Positions 49,078 to 57,814 of a stretch of 64,000 nucleotides of DNA are shown piece by piece (the stretch's first letter is position 1; each line of letters opens with the position of its first letter). Under the pieces are notes generated by a model. It was not told the origin of the DNA, made no database searches, and saw only the letters and a list, made by a program, of their open reading frames with translations. The stretch comes from a virus. The DNA is taken from positions 1 through 64,000 of the IMG/VR virus record IMGVR_UViG_3300035670_000154; one strand, given 5' to 3'. A program made the position numbers and the translations under genes.

Positions 49078-49527
49078 TTTTCACTCCTAACGCATTTTAA
49101 ATTTTTTTTACCACGCAAAACATGGGTCGTCTAGACTTGTAAACCCAGCATTATTAATATTTTTAAGATCAATTTCGCATTTATCTTTGATCTGTATGTT
49201 TATCGTATCATTTGGTCTGATCCACTGTGCGCAACTCCATGTTGAATTTCTAAGTTCTTCGCGGCTCAGCTCTATTTTTTGTCTCCAAATAACTTTACCA
49301 CTCTCTTCGTGCCCACAAAGCATGAAATTATCAACTTCTGTTGTAGCAAGGCATTGAAGTGACATGCGAAATAAAAATTCATCTATAATTTTAAAATACA
49401 AATCACGTGTATTGTTTATCATATATTCTCCATTGCGCATCAGTAATAACGCTCTTGAGTAACCACCTGGCAGCAAACGATATGGATATTGATTATGATT
49501 CATTTTTCACTCCTAACGCATTTTAAA
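49074..49527. repeat. 28-bp perfect direct repeat (49074-49101, 49500-49527)
   Basis: TCATTTTTCACTCCTAACGCATTTTAAA flanking ORF 49108-49503. Confidence 0.92.
49108..49503 (-). CDS. hypothetical protein
   Basis: 131-aa ORF bracketed by direct repeats. Confidence 0.6.
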   Translation of the reverse strand: MNHNQYPYRLLPGGYSRALLLMRNGEYMINNTRDLYFKIIDEFLFRMSLQCLATTEVDNFMLCGHEESGKVIWRQKIELSREELRNSTWSCAQWIRPNDTINIQIKDKCEIDLKNINNAGFTSLDDPCFAW

Positions 49528-49733
49528 AGCTGGTTATATCTAACCAACACATCCTCAGCGTGCTCACGAACGCGAACGCACTGAGTATCAATCGATTCGC
49601 TTTGATCGATGTTAAGCGGCTCAATATCCTGCGCTATCGTTGCGCATCGAATCGATGTTTGATCGATACTTGATTGCTTTGTTGTTGTGCAAGATGCTAA
49701 CAAAATAAACGGCGCAATAAAAAACACTCTCAT
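49500..49733 (-). CDS. putative o-spanin (Rz1-like lipoprotein)
   Basis: MRVFFIAPFILLASC lipobox; Cys-containing; C-terminal helix RYNQLLKCV. Confidence 0.5.
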   Translation of the reverse strand: MRVFFIAPFILLASCTTTKQSSIDQTSIRCATIAQDIEPLNIDQSESIDTQCVRVREHAEDVLVRYNQLLKCVRSEK

Positions 49734-49734
49734 C

Positions 49735-50205
49735 TTAAAAATTCCCCCAAGCACATTGCAAGCAAACCAAACCTTGCTCTCTCCACATATCAACGACGCG
49801 CTGCCTATCATCTATGCAAAACAACACATCATAAAATGGCTCAATATGCTGTTCGTAAATTTCCTTTTTTACAATCGCATCATTTCTAAAATCACCGTCT
49901 TTTCTCATAAATAACCCAGAGTAAAGAACATCATGTTTTAAAAGCCATTCTTCTGTTGCCTCTCTATATCTTTCAGGGCGACCGCTAACAAGAATAACAT
50001 CCATACATTGAACAGCTTTCCCGGAATTGAATCGCCATAAAATATCGTAGCACCAGGTATTTATTGGATCATTCGGTATTCCAGCATAAAAAGACCTCCA
50101 ATCCTTTGGCTTTTGCTCCATAAAATGTTTTCTATGGTCTGTGTTGCATAACGTTCCGTCAAGATCACAGATTATAATTTTTTCTTTATTCAATTTTTTG
50201 CCCAT
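49735..50205 (-). CDS. HAD-family phosphatase (T4 PseT 3'-phosphatase-like domain)
   Basis: ICDLDGTL, VSGRPE, LFMRKDGDFRND, IDDR..VVDMWR. Confidence 0.9.
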   Translation of the reverse strand: MGKKLNKEKIIICDLDGTLCNTDHRKHFMEQKPKDWRSFYAGIPNDPINTWCYDILWRFNSGKAVQCMDVILVSGRPERYREATEEWLLKHDVLYSGLFMRKDGDFRNDAIVKKEIYEQHIEPFYDVLFCIDDRQRVVDMWREQGLVCLQCAWGNF

Positions 50206-50539
50206 AATAAAAACCTTCGCAACTAACCTGTATATTGGACTTATTATAGCATTTATTATCAATCACCTCAACCGTAGTTTCTTTTGTTTGGCATAAAGCT
50301 CGACGCATTGTTCTTTCGCACTGCAAAACCAAGTCTTCACCCTCTTCATCGCTTAATGGATTCGCTGCTTTTGCGCATTCAACAACATATTTTGCGAAAA
50401 CCTCTTCTTTGCCTGAACAATCATTTTCAATCTTAAATAAGATTGTTGGCGAAGAATCTTGTTCACACCCAACTAAAAGAAATAAAAAAATAAGACTAAA
50501 TATATTTATCATTGTTTTATGTTTCTTAATTTGTTTCAT
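50186..50539 (-). CDS. lipoprotein
   Basis: Lipobox LVGC; ECAKAANPLSDEEGEDLV.QC. Confidence 0.65.
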   Translation of the reverse strand: MKQIKKHKTMINIFSLIFLFLLVGCEQDSSPTILFKIENDCSGKEEVFAKYVVECAKAANPLSDEEGEDLVLQCERTMRRALCQTKETTVEVIDNKCYNKSNIQVSCEGFYYGQKIE

Positions 50540-50732
50540 TTGCTTCCACCTCTCTAACTAAACGTGCACGAATGCTAATAAATTCAACGTTATCATCAAA
50601 GTCATGGAAATTTAAAAAACCGATGTAACGCGCTTTTCTTGCCGTCTTCGCTTTGATTCTTGACGGCACACTAGAATGATGTACCCCATCATCAAAAACC
50701 AAGTCTTTAATCCAAACATCATATTCATTCAT
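50526..50732 (-). CDS. hypothetical protein
   Basis: 68-aa coupled ORF. Confidence 0.55.
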   Translation of the reverse strand: MNEYDVWIKDLVFDDGVHHSSVPSRIKAKTARKARYIGFLNFHDFDDNVEFISIRARLVREVEANETN

Positions 50733-50941
50733 TTACATTCCCCACCAGTCGCTTCCTCATAATCGACATCAACATAAATTTCTACGTAAGTAAAAAATAT
50801 TAACTTGCGTACGAAGACTGTAATATCATTATATTCATAATAGTTATTTTTAATAAAGCTTTCTACCTTTTTTTTAATAAAATAACCTTTTTTTCTGTCT
50901 TTCCCAAAAATAAAAACTGAATGTTTGAAACTTAAAACCAT
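50729..50941 (-). CDS. hypothetical protein ending in copy of upstream gene's C-terminus
   Basis: Ends DYEEATGGECK versus DYAEATGGGCK. Confidence 0.55.
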   Translation of the reverse strand: MVLSFKHSVFIFGKDRKKGYFIKKKVESFIKNNYYEYNDITVFVRKLIFFTYVEIYVDVDYEEATGGECK

Positions 50942-50958
50942 TTTTACTCCTTAAAAAA

Positions 50959-51315
50959 TTATTTACACCCACCGCCAGTCGCTTCCGCATAATCACAAAT
51001 CCCCTGCATAATCACCTGCTCTGCATCGGTTGGGCGATCACACTTATATGTGCCTTTTAAAGCATCGTAATGCTTATTTAAAACCGCGTTTTTAGCGTTT
51101 AAAACAGCCAGCTTTTGGCTTAGATCATACTGATTCAATATCGCTTCTTTTTGGGATTCTATTAGCTCTGCTTTTGAGTTGTTTGCGTTGTTTAACTCCA
51201 CTCTCAGCTCAAGATACTTTTGCTCAAAATCGTTTGCGCGCTTTATCGTTGTGACTAAAAATGAGATTGAAAATAACGCACAAAAAATAATCAGATGTTT
51301 TTTAAACTTGCTCAT
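50959..51315 (-). CDS. putative i-spanin (Rz-like)
   Basis: N-terminal TM, long coiled coil, C-terminal Cys. Confidence 0.5.
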   Translation of the reverse strand: MSKFKKHLIIFCALFSISFLVTTIKRANDFEQKYLELRVELNNANNSKAELIESQKEAILNQYDLSQKLAVLNAKNAVLNKHYDALKGTYKCDRPTDAEQVIMQGICDYAEATGGGCK

Positions 51316-51317
51316 TT

Positions 51318-51482
51318 TTAATCCTTTAATTGAACACAAACTTCACCATCGCAAACAACTGGATAATTGATTGGATTTGCTGGTACCAGCGCATTTGATG
51401 CTGGCTGGTTAATCACCTGATCTTGATAACTAGGGTCTCCGCAGGCTGTTAAAACAAGCGCTAAAAATAAAAACTTAATCAT
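51318..51482 (-). CDS. small lipoprotein
   Basis: MIKFLFLALVLTAC lipobox. Confidence 0.65.
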   Translation of the reverse strand: MIKFLFLALVLTACGDPSYQDQVINQPASNALVPANPINYPVVCDGEVCVQLKD

Positions 51483-51493
51483 TTTGACTCTCC

Positions 51494-51880
51494 TTAATCT
51501 AACCAAGACTCTCTAACCCAAGCGTATGGATTTTCTTCAGCTAAAAGCTCCAATGTATATCTAGCTACATCATTCCATTCGTTCTCTGAATATGATAAAT
51601 CTAGTTTTGATGTTTTGTATCTAACATCATATTCAAGACCAGTTTCTTCTGCATTTGTATCACCATAAGGATAAGATTCACATGTTTTTTTAACACCAAG
51701 TAAAAATGGGTACTGTTGAAAAAATATAAAATTAACGTTAGAAAAATATATTCTTGTTGGATATTCAGAGCTATCTATATCAGCATCAAAATTTAAAGAA
51801 TCAACGCAAAACGGTATTCCTGGATATTTTGTAGCCAGCACCATAGCTTTTGATAAGAAAACCTGCCTCATTCCTTCCAT
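51494..51880 (-). CDS. hypothetical protein
   Basis: AAAGGA RBS. Confidence 0.55.
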   Translation of the reverse strand: MEGMRQVFLSKAMVLATKYPGIPFCVDSLNFDADIDSSEYPTRIYFSNVNFIFFQQYPFLLGVKKTCESYPYGDTNAEETGLEYDVRYKTSKLDLSYSENEWNDVARYTLELLAEENPYAWVRESWLD

Positions 51881-51891
51881 TTTTATTCCTT

Positions 51892-52071
51892 TCATTCAAT
51901 CTCAATTATTTGCCAACCTTTTGTTGCTGACTCAACATCTTCTTTGTTAATCCAGCCGCAAGCAGTATGGTTTCCTATGCTACCATCTTCATTAAGTGAA
52001 ACAATATCACCAACTAAAAACTCTTTTTTCTTACTTGATTTTACAACTTTGTATTTTTTGTTAGTTTCCAT
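51892..52071 (-). CDS. hypothetical 59-aa protein (not in ORF track)
   Basis: METNKKYKVVKSS...; fills gap. Confidence 0.5.
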   Translation of the reverse strand: METNKKYKVVKSSKKKEFLVGDIVSLNEDGSIGNHTACGWINKEDVESATKGWQIIEIE

Positions 52072-52108
52072 TTTAATCTATTTCAAAATAATTAAAGTAA
52101 AACATTAT

Positions 52109-52136
52109 ACCATATTCCCGACATCAGGAATATGGT
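52109..52136 (-). terminator. hairpin after ssb
   Basis: ACCATATTCC-N8-GGAATATGGT. Confidence 0.5.
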
Positions 52137-52146
52137 TATCATTGTT

Positions 52147-52587
52147 TTAAAATGGAATATCATCGTCTAAACCACTCGTATCAACTCCTTTTTTATTCAC
52201 GGAAACTGACCTCTGGGCAGGTTGTGAGGCAGCATTGTTTTCAGCGCTGTTATTTTCTTTGCTATCTAACATTTGCATTTGATCAGCAACAATCTCTGTA
52301 GTATAGCGATCTTGACCAGACTTATCTTGCCACTTTCTAGTCTTTAGCTTACCCTCAAGATAAACTTTCGAGCCTTTTTTGAGATATTTTCCAGCTATCT
52401 CTGCTAGTTGTTTATAGATAACAATTCTATGCCATTCTGTTGCGTCTTTATTTTCACCAGTTGCTTTATCTTTCCATCGTTCTGTTGTAGCCAATGAAAA
52501 ATTAGCCACAGCATCGCCGTTTGGCATATATTTAACCTCAGGCGCATCACCCAAATTACCAATTAAAATTACTTTATTTACTGCCAT
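52147..52587 (-). CDS. ssb: single-stranded DNA-binding protein
   Basis: [28 protein letters not shown], acidic DDDIPF tail. Confidence 0.97.
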   Translation of the reverse strand: MAVNKVILIGNLGDAPEVKYMPNGDAVANFSLATTERWKDKATGENKDATEWHRIVIYKQLAEIAGKYLKKGSKVYLEGKLKTRKWQDKSGQDRYTTEIVADQMQMLDSKENNSAENNAASQPAQRSVSVNKKGVDTSGLDDDIPF

Positions 52588-52603
52588 TTTTTCCACTCCT
52601 TAA

Positions 52604-53089
52604 TTAAAACCAACCACACAAATATCTTTTTGCAATTAAATGAACCTCATCGCCAGTTTCTTTAGCATCAAAAATAGCGCATTTATCGCCTTCTGAAGCC
52701 TCTGAAACATAAACAATTTTACTTCCATCCATAGGAAAAAGACTTCCTTTATATCCATAAAGTTGTTTTCCAATTACATATTGGCATTGCTCTAAAAGAT
52801 TGCCTACAGTTACATGCTTTTCAGTTTTTGATATGTCTATTGATAAGTTTTCATACCCACCTCTAAATGATACAAAACACGAAAAACATTCATCAACATG
52901 TCCGCTTTGATAAACAAAACTTCGATCTAATACATTTGGATAAGCAACAGAACCATCACTATAAACTATTTTAACTTTCTTGTCTTTATCTAATGACGCA
53001 AGTTTGCCAATTAACTCATATAAACGCAATGGCTCTACGTCATATTGATCTATCCTATCAAGCGCTCTCCATTGTTCTTCATTCATCAT
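52604..53089 (-). CDS. hypothetical protein
   Basis: SFRGGY..L and GYKG..F.M motifs seen in phage hypotheticals. Confidence 0.6.
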   Translation of the reverse strand: MMNEEQWRALDRIDQYDVEPLRLYELIGKLASLDKDKKVKIVYSDGSVAYPNVLDRSFVYQSGHVDECFSCFVSFRGGYENLSIDISKTEKHVTVGNLLEQCQYVIGKQLYGYKGSLFPMDGSKIVYVSEASEGDKCAIFDAKETGDEVHLIAKRYLCGWF

Positions 53090-54023
53090 TTTCTCCTATT
53101 GGCATCAAGCTAGATTCCTGCTCTTTTGTTAAGAAAAAACCATCTTCTGCTAAATCTTTTTTAAATTTATCGACATCACACGTCCCATTTGAAAAATAAA
53201 ACTCGCTTTTTAAATTAAATAGATCATCGCTTAGTGGTATCAATTCTTTTTTTACCAAAATACTGTTTATTTCATCGATTTGTTCTTTACTTAAATCCGC
53301 ATCAGACAAATCAGCCCTAGAAAAATCCGCATCTGACAAATCAGCACCAGACAAATCAGCACCAGACAAATCAGCATCAGACAAATCAGCACCAGACAGA
53401 CCTGCTTTAGATAAATTCGCTTTAGACAGATTCGCTTTAGACAGCTTTGCTTTATACAGATACGCACCAGACAAATCCGCCTTACTTAAATCCGCACAAC
53501 ACAAATCCGCCTTACTTAAATCCGCACAACACAAATCCGCCTTACTTAAATTCGCACCAGACAAATCCGCACCATACAAATTCGCACCAGATAAATTCGC
53601 ACCAGACAAATTAGCATATGACAAATCAGCACCACACAGACTTGCTTTAGATAAATTCGCTTTAGACAGATTCGCTTTAGACAGCTTTGCTTTATACAGA
53701 TACGCACCAGACAAATCAGCACCACGTAAATCAGCATATGACAAATCAGCACCACACAGACTTGCTTTAGATAAATTCGCTTTAGACAGATTCGCTTTAG
53801 ACAGCTTTGCTTTATACAGATACGCACCAGACAAATCAGCACCACGTAAATCAGCATCTGACAAATATGCACCACACAGATTTGCTTTAGATAAAGATAT
53901 TTTTTGCTTAACCGCCTCTTCTACTGTTAGTTTTATAGTATTGTTTTTACACTCAAATGAATATATGCTACTTCCTGTATACAAATTTTTGATTTCTAAC
54001 GAAATCACATTATTAACAGCCAT
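53079..54023 (-). CDS. pentapeptide repeat protein
   Basis: About 40 A(D/N)LxX repeats. Confidence 0.95.
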   Translation of the reverse strand: MAVNNVISLEIKNLYTGSSIYSFECKNNTIKLTVEEAVKQKISLSKANLCGAYLSDADLRGADLSGAYLYKAKLSKANLSKANLSKASLCGADLSYADLRGADLSGAYLYKAKLSKANLSKANLSKASLCGADLSYANLSGANLSGANLYGADLSGANLSKADLCCADLSKADLCCADLSKADLSGAYLYKAKLSKANLSKANLSKAGLSGADLSDADLSGADLSGADLSDADFSRADLSDADLSKEQIDEINSILVKKELIPLSDDLFNLKSEFYFSNGTCDVDKFKKDLAEDGFFLTKEQESSLMPIGENDE

Positions 54024-54027
54024 TTTT

Positions 54028-54483
54028 TTATCCTTTCATTTCAAATTCTTCTATCGCAGCTTGTGCCGCTGCGAGAGTGTCTTTATGTCTAGCCAAGTCT
54101 TGCTCTAGGCGCTCAACCTCTTTTTTTGCTTTGTATAACTTTTCAGAAAAATAAGAAACGTTAATTTCTGCAACATCCAAAAGACAATAACGCCTGGATG
54201 TGTGAAAAAAAAATTCACGATCACTGTTCTGATGCCAGCGTTCCTGGCTATTTTCCTCGTCATCGTTAATTTGTCTTATGAACTTAAATTTGTTTCCATT
54301 GGTTGGTGCAATCAAAAGCTGACAATTCCAGTCGTGTTTGCAGGTTTGATCCTCAACAACGTACTGTTTGCCGTTCTTGGTGTCATGGACTTCAATAACT
54401 ACAACTTCATGAATGCCTGACCTGCCGATGACGGCGCTATCGACATATCTCCACAGCTTATCGCCAATTTTTAAATCAATCAT
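54028..54483 (-). CDS. hypothetical protein (paralogue of 47083-47532)
   Basis: GKQYVVEDQTCKHDWNCQLLI. Confidence 0.65.
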   Translation of the reverse strand: MIDLKIGDKLWRYVDSAVIGRSGIHEVVVIEVHDTKNGKQYVVEDQTCKHDWNCQLLIAPTNGNKFKFIRQINDDEENSQERWHQNSDREFFFHTSRRYCLLDVAEINVSYFSEKLYKAKKEVERLEQDLARHKDTLAAAQAAIEEFEMKG

Positions 54484-54559
54484 TTTTTTCCTCCCTAAAA
54501 TCACCTGTAAAAAACCATTCCTCTTCTTGATCTTGCCACTGTCTTTGATCTTCTTCCAT
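54476..54559 (-). CDS. 27-aa acidic micropeptide
   Basis: TAGGAG RBS; MEEDQRQWQDQEEEWFFTGDFREEKND. Confidence 0.5.
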   Translation of the reverse strand: MEEDQRQWQDQEEEWFFTGDFREEKND

Positions 54560-54568
54560 TTTTATCTC

Positions 54569-55087
54569 CTATTTAATTAAAATCTTCTGTGTCTCTTTTA
54601 AATAAACACCATCTATAGCCATACCTGATTCCAAAGCTGCTTTTAATTTTGTTTTTGATGGCTCAGGTGGTTTTGGGTCATTTAAATATTCAGTTGGTAT
54701 TACAGCGTCATCCTCAATAATAACACTTTTTGATATACCAGACAAAGACGCGTAAAAAGAACCATCAGTAGCTTCTATTTTTTTTGTCTGGTTTTGAATC
54801 ATAATTGATTTTAGATAATCTTTTAAAGAATCAATTTTGTTGATTTTAACCTCTTTTTTTGCCTGTAAGTCTTTTATTGTATTGCTTAAATTATCAACAA
54901 TAATTTGTTGATTTTTAATATAAGCAACTACAGCACGCATTTTTTCATGAAGCTCCGCTTTAGCCGCATTGAACCCTTCAATATCAATCTCACCTGTTTC
55001 TTGGTCAATAAAACGCTCTAAATTAACTAGTTCTAATGCTTTGTATAAATTCATAATATTTTCATCCTTAATGGTTGCTAAAATCAA
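54569..55087 (-). CDS. Gp157-family protein
   Basis: Coiled coil, LKDYL, IPTEY...P.K..LK.AL..G..IDGV.L. Confidence 0.85.
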   Translation of the reverse strand: MILATIKDENIMNLYKALELVNLERFIDQETGEIDIEGFNAAKAELHEKMRAVVAYIKNQQIIVDNLSNTIKDLQAKKEVKINKIDSLKDYLKSIMIQNQTKKIEATDGSFYASLSGISKSVIIEDDAVIPTEYLNDPKPPEPSKTKLKAALESGMAIDGVYLKETQKILIK

Positions 55088-55835
55088 GCAAATTCATCTC
55101 CCATCTTGTTATTACAGATGGCAATAGATTTGCATATAATCTTCTTTTTTTAACCTCATCATCTTTTTCTTTTTTTTCCATATTGAACTTAAATGTTGGC
55201 AATATATCTCTTTCTATTTTTCTAATAAAATCCGTATATTCTCTCAATAATGAAACAACATCATTGTCTAAATTATTGTACCATGAAAGCTCAAGTTTTT
55301 CGTATTTATTAACAACGACATGATGTGCATCAACAATTCTTATTGAAAATAAATTATAAACAAATCGTTTTAGACCAGTAATCCACAAATAAGCTCTCCA
55401 TTGATATGAGTTAAGATATCTTTCAATATCAACCTTGCTTGTAAATTTTAGGTCGTGTACGGTTGTTGCGGATATAGCATCAACCTTACCTACCAAAAAC
55501 ATATCATCTAAACTCCTTTTAAATGAGACCTCCCTTTTTTCTGGCAGGCTAATTGTTTCATCAATATACCAAAAAACAGTAACATCATTAACACCATCGT
55601 CATTCACAGTAGAGTCTTCTGGTAATTCTGAAAATCCAGCCTCTTCTATCATTTTGTGTAATATTGATCCAATTCTCATTGCATCAGTTTGTTTTTTTTC
55701 CCCATAAAGTTTGTTGATGTACATATCTAAAGTATATTCACAAACACCATCTTCTTCAGGTATATAAATCTCTCCTTTTTTGAAGGCTATAAACTCATCA
55801 AGCAAAGATGCTGAAAATGGATTTCTTAATTTCAT
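55068..55835 (-). CDS. PD-(D/E)XK / Cas4-like exonuclease
   Basis: GSILH, GKVDAI...HDLKF, SYQWRAY. Confidence 0.8.
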   Translation of the reverse strand: MKLRNPFSASLLDEFIAFKKGEIYIPEEDGVCEYTLDMYINKLYGEKKQTDAMRIGSILHKMIEEAGFSELPEDSTVNDDGVNDVTVFWYIDETISLPEKREVSFKRSLDDMFLVGKVDAISATTVHDLKFTSKVDIERYLNSYQWRAYLWITGLKRFVYNLFSIRIVDAHHVVVNKYEKLELSWYNNLDNDVVSLLREYTDFIRKIERDILPTFKFNMEKKEKDDEVKKRRLYANLLPSVITRWEMNLLDFSNH

Positions 55836-56746
55836 TTTTGCTCCACATGTAATTCGCTTTGCTTCTCCTCAAAAGCATTTTTATCTTTATTGTAAGAGAA
55901 GCCAAGCTCTTTTGTTCTATCTAAAAAAGCTCTTTTAATAACAATTCCTTTTGATGAAAAATACGACAACTTGTTATTAGCATCATCAATTGTTAATATT
56001 TTTGATATTTCAGCAATATCATTATTAAATTCTTTTTCTGCCGCGATTTGAGCTTCTGTCATTTCATTCATTTTTAATTTTGCTTCAGATATTATTGATG
56101 CAAACCATGATTGATCTGTCTTCCAATCTGGTATTTGTAGCATAGGGAAATTAACACAATTTTTTCCTGTATATCTATCAGTTGGGTTAAAATCAATCGT
56201 TCTTTTTCCGTTTTTTATACAAACATATCCAATAAAATCAGACAATCTGATTATTTCTGACTTTGTTGCGCCTGGCACATCAATTCTCATTGTCGTGTCG
56301 TCACCGTCTTTCTCCTCCTTCGCATGGGCAATAAGAATAATGTCTTTTCCAAAAGACCTTATTTTTGATAGCCACTGAGAAAAAGCAGTTTTAAGTGCGC
56401 CATATCCTTGTAGTGTTAGCTCACCAGTGCTTCTCATTAATTTTGGGTTTGAGCTTGATAGTGATATTGCACACATTTCAAGTGCTCTTGCTACAGTATC
56501 TATAACTATAGTGTCGTACCCATCAAAATCTGACTGAGATAGTCCTGAAACATCACTCCATGAATCTGGTATTACCGTATCCTTTCTTCCTATAGACCTT
56601 TGAGCACCTCTATCAAAATCAAACATTAATGGGCGACTTGCAGAAAATGCTATAGATGACTTCCCAGAACCAGGGTCTCCAAAAATCTGAAAAATCAGGT
56701 TTTTTACTTCTATTTTATCTGCCGCTCTTACAATTTTTAAAGCCAT
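55832..56746 (-). CDS. Sak4-like recombination ATPase (AAA_24)
   Basis: GDPGSGKS, DFDRG, TIVIDT, IAHAKE, DFIGY, GKN. Confidence 0.88.
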   Translation of the reverse strand: MALKIVRAADKIEVKNLIFQIFGDPGSGKSSIAFSASRPLMFDFDRGAQRSIGRKDTVIPDSWSDVSGLSQSDFDGYDTIVIDTVARALEMCAISLSSSNPKLMRSTGELTLQGYGALKTAFSQWLSKIRSFGKDIILIAHAKEEKDGDDTTMRIDVPGATKSEIIRLSDFIGYVCIKNGKRTIDFNPTDRYTGKNCVNFPMLQIPDWKTDQSWFASIISEAKLKMNEMTEAQIAAEKEFNNDIAEISKILTIDDANNKLSYFSSKGIVIKRAFLDRTKELGFSYNKDKNAFEEKQSELHVEQK

Positions 56747-56777
56747 TTTTATCTCCTAAGTATTAAAAAATCACATA

Positions 56778-57017
56778 TTAGCATAATTTACATATTTTTT
56801 GTAATTGCCGCAAGTATTCTTTTGTTTGATTCATCGGCACTGTTTTTAACCCCAATTTTACGACTTTTTGTTTTCCATCAATCTCTTGACGAGCTGTCTC
56901 TGTTTTTGCTCTACACGCCACAATAACGTGCATTTTTGAAGAAACAATAGCTTCTAAAAACGCATTGTGTCTTGGTGTTATTTCTTTCCAAGCCCTCCAT
57001 GTATCACCCTTATTAAT
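56778..57017 (-). pseudogene. fragment of a second AAA_24/Sak4-type ATPase
   Basis: Frame reads GDTWRAWKEITPRHNAFLEAIVSSKMHVIVACRAKTE...KVVKLGLK, preceded by in-frame TAA; no Walker A. Confidence 0.6.
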
Positions 57018-57064
57018 TTATTTTGTCGTATAATGCAAGCCTTGTTTGTTTTAGGAGAAAAAAC

Positions 57065-57814
57065 ATGAGATGTTATGACGAAAATGATGCTATCAAATAC
57101 TCTTCAATCAATGCCGCTGTTTTACTTTGGCACATAAGGTTCTGGGTAGCAAAAAATAAAGCGAATGAAAAACATTTTTATGATGGTAGATATTGGACAT
57201 ATAACAGCGTAAAAGCATTCTCTGAGCTTTTTCCTGAGTTTACAAAAAGCCAAATATCTATTGCTTTAAAAAAACTTGAGGATTGCGGTGCGATAGTAAC
57301 TGGAAACTATAACTCATCCCCTTATGATAGAACAAAGTGGTATGCTTTAGCCGATGAAAACGATTTAACGAAAAACGAAAATGGAAATAAAAGTGATGAA
57401 AAATCTACTAATAAAGTAACAGATATAAAACCAAATATAAAAACAGATATAGACATACACCAAGGTGATGTTGATGATGAAACATGGGGTAAATTTAAAA
57501 CTCAAATGAAATCAAGAAAAAAGAAAATTACACAAGATTGGGTTGATGATGTAAAAAGAGAAGCGGATATTGCAGAAAAAGATGGTACACTTAACGCCTT
57601 TTTAATTGAAAAGGGAATTGAAATTGGATCGAAAACTCCTTTTTATAAGGCTATTATTGTTTGTGTAAGAAAGCAATGGCTTAGTTTTCAAGCTGATTAT
57701 CTTAATAATCAGTCATACAAAAAGCCAGTTGAAACAGAATCAAATAGGCATCACAATAAGGATCGTTTTGGCGATCTAAGTAGGTTTTATTATCAACAAA
57801 GAGGTGGTGAATAA
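57065..57814 (+). CDS. replication initiator (wHTH)
   Basis: DGRYWTYNS...FSELFP...KKLE..GNYN...DRTKWY; TAGGAG RBS; followed by DnaC-like gene. Confidence 0.8.
   Translation: MRCYDENDAIKYSSINAAVLLWHIRFWVAKNKANEKHFYDGRYWTYNSVKAFSELFPEFTKSQISIALKKLEDCGAIVTGNYNSSPYDRTKWYALADENDLTKNENGNKSDEKSTNKVTDIKPNIKTDIDIHQGDVDDETWGKFKTQMKSRKKKITQDWVDDVKREADIAEKDGTLNAFLIEKGIEIGSKTPFYKAIIVCVRKQWLSFQADYLNNQSYKKPVETESNRHHNKDRFGDLSRFYYQQRGGE

Noticed and set aside
53546-53875. Repetitive VLIC/VRIC ORF
   Set aside because: Alternative frame of the pentapeptide repeat gene.
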